64,000 nucleotides of DNA from Microbotryum violaceum (taxonomy: Eukaryota): the NCBI GenBank assembly GCA_001244265.2, contig CDLV01000007.1, positions 2,294,001-2,358,000 of the forward strand. The letters run 5' to 3'. Below the pieces are notes generated by a model, which made no database searches, had not been told where the DNA came from, and saw only the letters and a program-made list of their open reading frames with translations. A program made the translations under genes and the position numbers. This document shows positions 13,219 through 22,978 of the stretch, in pieces (within the stretch, counting starts at the first letter, position 1; each line of letters opens with the position of its first letter).

Positions 13219-15059
13219 AGGCTCGGCACTGGGAGTGCGAAAGGTCCAAGTCGACCAGACACTTCGGCGCGTGCTGCTCGCAGGGCAAGGTGCAGCTACC
13301 TCCTCTCTCCGGCCCAATCCCGAGTATCAATAGCTACTTGAAGGCTCGGATAGCGGTCAGTTGCTCTGTCCAACAACATCTCTCTGCAGTATGGCCCACA
13401 TGCTGAACTGTTCTACCCACCCACACAGAAGCTAAAACATTCCGCAAGAATGCCCGGTCGTACAACAACGCATTGTCGTTCACTTCGCTCGCTGCCCTCT
13501 GGGACCAAACTCAAGTGGGCACGCTAGGACCCCCCGTGTTTCGCGTGTTTGGTCGCCTCTACCATCGACTCGGCGCCCTGATCCCTGCCGTGACTCAACG
13601 CCCAACCTTTGCTCAAACATGGCTGATCGACCCGGCCGAGGCCACCGACACTCGACTTGGACCCGACGGCGCAGACAGTCGCATGCAACGATCTACTTTG
13701 ACCAAGCTCGAGTCCATTCTGCGCACCGGCAATCGCTTTGTGAGAGAGTTTGCATCGGCCAAAGCTCGCGCAGGTTGGGATACGGCCAAAGAGTGGATCC
13801 TGCGCCTCTGCCTCCCGCCAGGCCGGGACCGACGTACCCACAACCTTCCTACGTCAAGCACGGAAATGGCGATGATTATCTGCGATTCCGACATCAACAC
13901 GGGAGATCGTGGACCGCAAGACCTTATTTTCCAGGTGCACGGTGATCGATGTCCCGAGGGTCGGCCCACTTGGCAAGTACCAAGTCGTTAGCTCGCTCCA
14001 TCCGTCTGCGATGCCTCTCCGTTACCCACTACTTTTTCCTGCAGGGGAAGATGGCTTCCACCCCAACATTCCTCTTTGCGGGTTCCACCAAGCCAGGCCG
14101 CCAATCGCCAGAAACTGAGAGCAGATCGACAATGGTGTCCAATTGCGCGAGGTACTTGCCGGTCTCGGTCTGGATGACGAAGACGAACAGGAGGACGAAG
14201 ACCGCGACGATGAGGATGAAGACGGCGAGGAAGGGGACGAAGAGGATGGTGATGGCGAACGTACGCGTCTTCGGCTCTTTCTCTGATGTTCCATTCTGCC
14301 GAAGGCGCAAGCACAGACTGACATTGATCTTTTGAACACCTAGGACGAAGGTCAAGTAAAGGGGTCGAGGTGGCGAGTCTCGCGTTCACAATTCTTTGCG
14401 CACCACTTGCCAAACGCGACGAGTACATCTCAATCCCGCATTTCACCCAACGTCCCTTCCTGGAGTTCGTGAATTACGGAGGTACTCCCAAGTCAAGACC
14501 GATTGACTCAACACATCCGATTGCATCAAGAGAACCTACGCCTCACCACGACCCAAGGCATCAACGGCTTGACCCCGAACCAAATCGCGACATCACGCAG
14601 CGATACCAGGATGCGATGGCGTGTGTTGTCAAAGAGGAAAAGTCTCCGCTTCTGATCACGATGACGTACGACCCCGACTCACCGGAAACCAAGGCTGCAC
14701 TGGGGCCGATAGCGCATGCAACCGTCCGGATCTCATCGCACGAGTGTTTGAAGCCAAGTCCGGCAACAAGCGACACGCAGGCTGTTTCGGCGATGAATGT
14801 AAGATGAATAGATTTTGTTTCTTTGCTGTACTTCGTATTGTGTTTTCTTAAACTCTGCGCTGATATCATGTAGACTGTTCGATTATCCTGCCATTTTTTG
14901 GATTTCATCCTCCCGTTAATTTAACGGGTTCCCACTGGTTATTAGTAAAGTCCAAGGTCAGGGAGGATACCCCGTTCATCGGACCTATCGATCGCTTTAC
15001 TACCTTACCAGAAAACTGTAATAAAGGAAGTGTCCATCCGCGACCCATGAACCAAAAAA

Positions 15060-17400
15060 CAAAATTGGGGGCGGTACCGGTGCCGGGGGGGTGCGCTTGC
15101 GCTAACCTCCCTGCGCCAAATCCCTTCCTCGAGGTTAGCGCAATCGGAGGTTAGCGCAATGGGCCTGAGTTGGCGCAGGCTGGCTGACACGCGGCGCGAG
15201 CCGGAGCGTGTCGTCCGTTCTTGTAATTCTTGCCTTTTGTGCAATGCATTGCATGCAACAACATGTAGCTGGCACTCTCATTCTGGAACCTGGAACCGAA
15301 CCGGCTCTGTCGCTGCCGCTACCTCTTCTCCGCCAGCCTCAACATCAAGCCAGGGCCGCGGGATCGGTTCCAGTCGCCACACTCCCGACAGTGCAACCCC
15401 ATCTCGGCCCGACAAGCGTCGTATTAACGAGCTTTCAATTGATGGGCAGGATTCGGCACCAAGTGCGGTCAATCAGCTAGGCAAAAAGCCACTCGGCCGA
15501 CCACCCAATCCTCAACCTGCATCCGCACCTGCAGCGAAACGAGCTCAGGGTCGTCCGAGAAAGACAGACGAGGAGAAGGAGAAGACGGCCAAACCCCAGG
15601 CAAAAAAAGCAGAAGCGATAGCAGAAGAGAAAGCGGCGAAGAAACGACAAGATGAAGAACAAGCAAGGTAACGAGAGGAGGCGAAACGACTCAGGCTGGA
15701 AGTGGAGCCCCACAGCGCCAGATTGTCTTGGACGAGCAGACTCAGAGGATGCTGGTCAGTTGTTCAAGCTTGATGTGTGGCAGCCTAGTGTGATGACGAA
15801 CCTTCAATCCTGTTCCATTTCGGGCTGACCTGGGGTTATTTTAATATTCCACCCTCGCAGTTTCCCCCTGCAAAAACGTACACCGTGAGTTGCGTAGACC
15901 CGTGTCCCGCACGAAGTCTTACGCATATCAATGGCTGTCAACTCCAGAAACAGACAACTTTCAGCTTCGCGCAAGCACCCAGTTCAAGTTCGTCTTCAGC
16001 TTCAAACCCTTCGTTCGCCGTGCCTTCCGGATCCTGTGCCTCGCACTCGACCAACCCCAGTCTGCCCTCGATGCCGGAATCGGCGAGCTCGGCAGTCCCC
16101 AGCGGCCCCGAGTCTGTTGACTCAATTCCAAAGTCAACCCCGATATAATCGATTGTCAACCCCCGACTCACACGCCCCCAGACTATCGGCGAACCACTCA
16201 TCGATGCCGATGAGATTTATGTGATGGAGGGTGATCCGTTCGATGGCGATGAGGACGACGGGGTCGTCTCCGCCAAGGGCGAAGGCCGGTGGGAACATCC
16301 CAAGTGACTTACAGAGCTCTACAATTCCAAACGCGATATGATAAAAGGCGCTAAAGGATCCGGGATGAATCATTCCACCAAGCCGTTTCACCAATTGCTG
16401 CATGGTTGGCTTCCGACCAAAACTGTGTGCGCTCGATATTACAACACTCGACGCTCTCGCAATAAGATCCAGATCTTCGATCCGTCATTTTATTGGGATC
16501 CGCTGCTATTGATGGGTCAACCAGAAGATGTTCCGGCAGAAATCGGACTGAAGTGCGATAGCTACCAGCAAACGGAATCGACTCTGAAAAAAGGCGTCTT
16601 ACGGCAAGACGGCTTTATCGATCGGCCTCGCCGGGCATGCGACCTCAACAAGTCAGTGTTGCTCATCCGCGTCTCATATCGATGCAACAACAAGAAATTT
16701 AAACAAGAAGTATCGGTCTTGGTCGCCCAAGGTGCTCAATCAAGTGTCATCCTCGCTTGGGTTGATGTTCCCTTTCCACCTTTCACATCACTGCGCAATC
16801 ACCTCAGTCGTCTGGAATAGCATGCGGGCAGTTCTCCAACGCGGCTTCGGATCGAAGCAATACGCACACGTCTTGGTCACAGCTTATCGTGCAGCTCGTG
16901 ACTGGCTCGAGTTGGACTATCGATCGGCAATCGAGTCGCGGAACCCATCGCGCGACTCGAACTCAACTTACGTGTATCTCGATTTTGGAGACTGGGAAGA
17001 TCCAACGGGCAATTGCGGACACGTGCCGAACTCTCAAGTCCTTCAAGCGTTCTACGACTCTGCGATGGCAGAGTGAGTATACAGTCACATTGAATATGGC
17101 CGAGAACGACGTCAAAGCGACCCAAGCGATGATCACCGACCCCTCCCGCGGTCGCAATGTCAGCCCGCCGCCCGCCAAGCCGTTGCTCGGCCACAAACCT
17201 CCGGTCTCGGGGATGCTCACGGATGCAGAGGTCGAAGCGTCCAATCCTCAAACATCATTCATCCGCCCATCCGGGGCGATGGACACGAGCAACAATGGTC
17301 CGCGTGCAGGGATTGCTATCAGTGGAAGTTCAGTGAGCGCAGTCACCGGGAAAGTAAGGCGGCACTGTCGGTTCTGTTGGATTTCCGCACAGTTCTGGTA
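15060..17400 (+). mobile_element. Degenerate Zisupton/DUF6729-like transposon relic; boundaries approximate
   Basis: Frameshifted segment at about 16340-17075: FYWDPLLL...KC...DGF.DRPRRACDL...YRC...KYRSWSPKVL...FPFHLSHH...MR...GFG...Y. From memory this resembles the DUF6729 region of Zisupton-type elements. It is preceded by AT-hook-like GRP motifs and repeated 13-mers at 15097-15159. Confidence 0.5.
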
Positions 17401-17869
17401 ACTTTCGTTGGTCGGCCAAACGATGAGATTGTGTCGTTACGATGCACGGTCGTAAAGTCCGAAACAGTGAGTTACCAGTGGGCGGAAAAGAGAAGAAAAG
17501 CTACGGAAAAGACTCGCGCGCGCGCCGACCGCACTCCCTAATTCCCTAATACCCCACTGATAATAAACCATGCCTAGAATGCCTTGATGCGCCAAACGCC
17601 CAAATCCAACAGGTTCTGCGGCCAAGCCTCTTGCAAGTTCAAGGGATCAGCGTGGATCAGAGATTGGGTGTGAAAACCCATGTGTGGATTGCATGTATGG
17701 CTTGAGTGAAGAGAGAGATCCGAATAACCCAGAATCCCCGAGATTTTGCAAGGGGCTGATCACGGCTGAGATGGGTGGTCGAGCTAGGTATAAGAAGAAG
17801 TGACATAGTTATAAACCGCTGTGACATTGTAAAGTCACTCTGATGCAATTGCACATCATGTACCGCTTA

Positions 17870-19693
17870 TTTTTCATTTCTTCTCCTTCCTTTCCCCCCC
17901 CCCCCCCCCCCCCCCTTTTTTTTCTCCTTCCTCCTTTTTTCCCTCCCTTTCTTTTTCTTTTCTTTTTCTTTTTCTTTCTTCTTCTCTCCGCCCCCTCACC
18001 CCCCGGCATGGGTACGGGCCAAAAAATTGCTGTTCTTGACTGTGCTGCGGCCCACGGCCACGGGGGGTTACTGTTTCGTCTACCGCACCTGCCTGTCGCG
18101 TCCATGTTTCGATCAGAAGTCATATCTCCGTGGCAGTTTTTGTATTTTTCCCGCCGTTCGAACGAAGTTGAAGGGTTACAGCGTTCCCAGTGCTTTCCTT
18201 CCTTCACTTTTTTGTTGCCGTAGAACAGTGTTCTATGCTGTATTCAATGGAAGGCAAGCGCGTGGTTTGACATTGCTTCTACGTGGCTGGCGTCTGTCAC
18301 GTGATGCGCCGACCGCAGTGAACTGGTTGCCATCCCGACAACGGCCCAGCGATGTTAGCGGCTGGACAACAATATCACAACCTATCACAGCCCGTAATTA
18401 CTCCCGGGCCACGTGCACTCTCTCGAAGTTTTGCTTTTGCCCTCCCACTCTCATCCCAAGGGTAAACCCTTGGCTTTATGCCCCCGCCGAAAGATCGCCT
18501 CGGGGAGGGTGGACCATTGCACCGCAACATCGCCAGATTGTCTTGGGCGGAAAGTCATCCCCGCAAGAGAAGGCGGATGGCTTCCACCGCCCTAGCATTC
18601 CTCTTTGTGGGTTAAACCGCGCTGGGCCGCCGATCGCCAGAAACCGAGAGTAGATTGTCAATGGTGTCCAATCGCGCGAGGTGCTTGCCGGACTCGCCTA
18701 ATGGCGAAGACGACGAGGAGGGTGACGACGACCGCGACGATGAGGATGAAGACGACGAGGAAGACGGCGTCGAAGAGAAAGGTGATGGTGAACATACGTG
18801 TCTTCGGTTGTTCCTCACATGCTCACTTCTGTTGAGACGCATGCACAGATAGTTAATAGAATATTTGAACATGTAGGACGAAGGTCAAGAAAAACGGGGT
18901 CGAGGTTCCGAGTCTCGCCCTCACAATTCTTAATTCTTTGCGTGCGTCACCAATCCTTTGCGAACTACTCCGGCGACGACGACTATTTTTCAATCCCGCA
19001 TTGCACCCAGCGACTCTTCCACTCGAGTTCGAGATCGACGGATACTCCCAAGTCGAGGACGATCGACTCAACTACAACCACTTTCATCAAACACTAATCT
19101 GCGCCTCACTAGTACGGGCCAATGCATCACCGACGCCGTTACGTACGGCTTCACCCCGGATCAAACAAGTTGGACGTTAGGTGATTTTGGCTTCGACTTT
19201 CAAGAATATATCGCGCGAGTTCAGGCAGCGTTACCCATCGAAAAGGTCGTGACCTTGGTCGCTTTGGGGGATCAGGTCAACATCGAGGTTGCGGGGGGGC
19301 AGCGTCGATGAGACTTGGCACAAAGCCCTTCGTGAGTCTTTCATCCTCGTCGTCGGAAGCAATCCCCCAGATGCGATGGCGTGCGTCATCACATATGGAA
19401 AGCCTTCCCTCTTCATCACGGGGGTGTGCAACCTTGGATGACCCGACATCAAGGTTGCACTGGGACCCAACGACAACGCATGCAATCGTCCGGCTCTCGT
19501 TGCACGAGTGCACGCGTGTTTGAAGCCAAATTGAACCGACTTTGTGGCAACGTTCTGGGCAACAAGCAACGGGCAGGCTGCTTCGGCGATGGATGGCGAT
19601 AGTCTCTTTACTGTTACTTCGTATCATGCATACTGATCAATTCTCCTGTTGTTCTAATATCATCATCCCGTTGACTGAATGGGGTCCCACTAG
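17870..19693 (+). mobile_element. Non-autonomous, internally deleted Helitron (copy 2); 5' end approximate
   Basis: Similar to copy 1 at the 5' end (CCGCACCTGCCTGT...GATCAGAAGTCAT), in the acidic tract and in RVFEAKLNRLC. Ends in a degenerate hairpin followed by CTAG|T at 19690-19693. Confidence 0.85.
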
Positions 19694-19833
19694 TTTTCGA
19701 AAAAAAGGAGCCCGCAATAGGAGGTCGCTCGAGGCGCAGACACTGTCGCACCATAGTAAGTGAAGCAGAAAAAGAAGTAGGATGGAGACGTATATGAACA
19801 AGGATACTTCAGGCTGCGGACCGCACCCTCGGG

Positions 19834-22225
19834 CTAGAAATGGCCCTCTCTGATCCATATGTTGATCATCTTGAGCGCCTCGTCAGGCTTGTCGTGAGGG
19901 ACCAAGCTGCACAGGCACCACACAACACTTGAGCACTGCGGACACAAACCATGACGAAAAAATTGTTTCTACTTACTGTCCAGCACCTTCCACCTCCAGG
20001 TACGTCAACGGACCGGAGCTCTTGGTCATTCCCACAACTTTCCCATCCGGCAGTATGAACTCATGGAACGGGGCTTTCGAGTACTGATCCTGGCCTGACC
20101 ATTGCATGGCGGTAATCCAGTAGCGGTTTGCGAGGAAGTTACACTAGAGATAAAGCGAGTAGGACAGAGTGGGCGCAACATTAGTGTTCATCCGAATCGA
20201 GACAGTATGGGACCAACTCCCGCTACTCACGACGTAGTCGCTGCGGAGGAAAGCAGTGGGAGCCTGAGGGATGTTAGCAACATAATACGCTGTAGGAGTG
20301 ACGACTTCCTTTGTTCAGGACTTACTTGACGCCGACGTAAAGAAGCAACTTGATTCCGGCCTCGAGCAGGTCCGAAAGCACAGCAGGGGTATTGACCACC
20401 CCTGTAACAAGGTCGCACCAACGAGTTCAGATCCACGTCGCGATCGGAAGGCATCCGCGCGACTACACAGTCGAGCTAGCGCTCAGTGGCGCTGAAAGGG
20501 GAAACTTACAATCTCCGTTCTGTGCGAAAGCTTTGTAGACCGAGGTACTGCAAAGCTCGAATGGCTTGACTTTGTCATCGAGACCGAGTTCAGCTCGAAT
20601 TTCCGGCCGGTTGAGGTAGGCCAGGATCCAGAACGCCTCTTTGTAACAGAACGGTCCATCCTTGGACAGTGAGCGATCGCACTTCTTGGTGACGTCGTAG
20701 GGGTTCAGCTCCCCATATTCCCACGGCTCTATTTTGGTAGAATTGTCCAACGCGACGCCGAAGCGGAAGCAATAGGTGGGTAACTAGAGTCAGCTCAGGG
20801 TTCATCGAAGGCGGCGAGGAAACGACCCCGCGGAACAACGAGGATAATCTTATCACTAACGGCCAAGTTTAAGACAAGCGTTCTCCGCTTGAAAGCAAGT
20901 CTGCTGCGTAGGTTCCTGGCGACACGTCGCCACTAAATCACCGCAGATTTTTGCTTGCGAGTAGAGAACATTGCAAGTCGAAGCATTGTAGATGGATGCA
21001 CCGACACCCTTTCCGCATGCGAAATCGACCTGCCCACGGATTGCGGTGACGATCTCGACGAAGCCGTTGCCGATCGCCATCGAGACGAGGGGTACATGTA
21101 TCGTGTTGGAACTGGCCCCATCAACAAGCTTGTTCTTCTGAACGATGACTGAGGCGACCTGCGGGATGTACATGCCCGCGTAAGACTCTCCCGCGAGGAT
21201 CTTTATGTGTTTGAATAAGCAGACCCGAGTCAGGGGTAGTCAATATCTCCGCTTCGAAAAGGGTCAGACGAAGAACGAGATGACCGACAAAATCACGCAT
21301 GGCGAAGCGGGGGAATACTTGATAGAAGAGTTGCATGAAGGCATAGATGTCTTCTGCGGCCTCGCGCGAGGTGCCGCCGGGCTCACGGGCTTTCGAGAAA
21401 CCGACCTGTTGGACATGAGCGAGTCAGATTAGATGTCTGGCGAGCATATCAGGCCCCCAAACTGCAGCTTGGATAACTGACCTTGGCCGGAGAGTCCAAG
21501 AAGATCATATTGGCGTTTGAGTTCCATGAGTAAGGATTGAAAGTCGAACTGTTGCCTCCATCGGTGACCAAGCACGGGCCATTGTCGAGCAAGAAGCTTA
21601 CCATGCTCGAACATCCAGGACCGCCGTTGAGCCAGAGCAGGACCGAATCTTCGTCAGGCTTGTCACGGGATTTGGCGAATGCGAAAAACAGGTGCGTGTG
21701 TTCTGCGATGTCGAGATAGCCCAAGTAGATCTCGTCTTTGTCGCCACACAGCTATGGGTCCCCCATAAGAGTGCCTTTGGCATCAGTGCCCCACGCCGAA
21801 GAGCCTGCGCCGCTCGGACCCATTCACTGCATAACTGACTTGGGACTTCTTAATGCGGAGCTTGTGATTGGGGAAGTCGGGATGGGAAGTAACTTGAGCT
21901 GTCGAAGAATGAAGTGACTCTTTGGGGCGTCAACTCGGGGTGTCATGAACGCCGAGTCTGGGATGTTGGGGATGCATGAGACACAGCCGATCCGGGTATT
22001 GCTAGGCGCAAACTTCACCCCGGTGGTAAAAGCGCCGGTAGCAGATGGTTGATGGTACGTACACGTCATCCCGTTGCTGATGTCGCCCTTTGCGATCTTC
22101 TCTGAGCCCTTGCTGTGGTCCAAAGAGGAATTTATACCCACTGCTGCGGAACTGGTTGGGGCATGTACGGCGGCGGTCGCTGCGAGCGTGGCCGTGATGG
22201 GGATTAATAGCGTGCTCCACATCAT
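19834..22225 (-). CDS. Secreted serine carboxypeptidase, peptidase S10 (copy B), paralog of 4894-7292
   Basis: Same exon structure and motifs as copy A (WLNGGPGCSS, GESYAG, GAGH|LVP); TAG at 19834-19836. Confidence 0.92.
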
Positions 22226-22978
22226 CGATCTTTGGAGTATTGGGTAAGGAAGAACTGATTGGCAGTATCGGACGGAGAAGAAGAGGAAGAGAGAGAGGTT
22301 CGGCCTGAGGACAGCTCATAAACTAGTGTGCTGAGGGCTGACTTCGGGCTTGCTTAGCTATGCTCAGTCGCAAAGCACCAGCCGATGGGCCATCGAACGG
22401 TCAAGGAGCTCCTATCGGATGTCTCGGAAGTGAATTCGGCCGCCGAAAATAGGCCGACCATCGGCTGCTGGTACTTGTGCCCGGTTTCGGAAGCTGGACA
22501 TACTCGAATCCAGGGTCAGGGGGGGGGGATTTCCCCGGTCATCGAACCTGCCGGTCGCTTGATATCAAATTCGTGAATCGAAACTGCGGAGGAAGGCGTA
22601 CTACTCAACTGGAAGTTGGCAGGTCTGGGGGGCATCATGCTCGTGCTTTGATAACATTGATGACGGGAACATAATTGCGCATGAACACAGGGTCAGACGC
22701 TGGTACGAATGCTGTGCGTGCTGTGCAGTCGGAAGTGGTTCGCAGACTATGTAGTGGATCGGCAGCTGGTGCCGGCTATCGACTCCCCTGCCCAGCCTTC
22801 CCAGCCTGCCCAGCCAGAATCGAACGGGAATCTCGCGAGGCCCAAGTTGGCGGGCCCAAGTGGCGGGCCCAAGCAGGCCCAAGCGGCAGCGCTGAGCCCA
22901 TCGCACCCCAGCGCTCACTCGAGTTGGGGTCTCGCCTACGCCACACTGACCCGTCGTCCATCCTTGTACACCGCAAGC

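Larger units (their letters stand above)
7600..14938 (+). mobile_element. Non-autonomous degenerate Helitron (copy 1), interrupted by a copia element at 8585-13218; 5' end approximate
   Basis: Fragmentary Rep N-terminal motifs: CxHCKARHWECE...CCSQGKVQLP, RSYNNALSFTS, PLRYPLLFP-GEDGFH, YQDAMA...LITMT, RPDLIARVF. 3' hairpin CCCGTTAA-T-TTAACGGG (14912-14928), then CTGG|T at 14935-14938. Confidence 0.88.
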
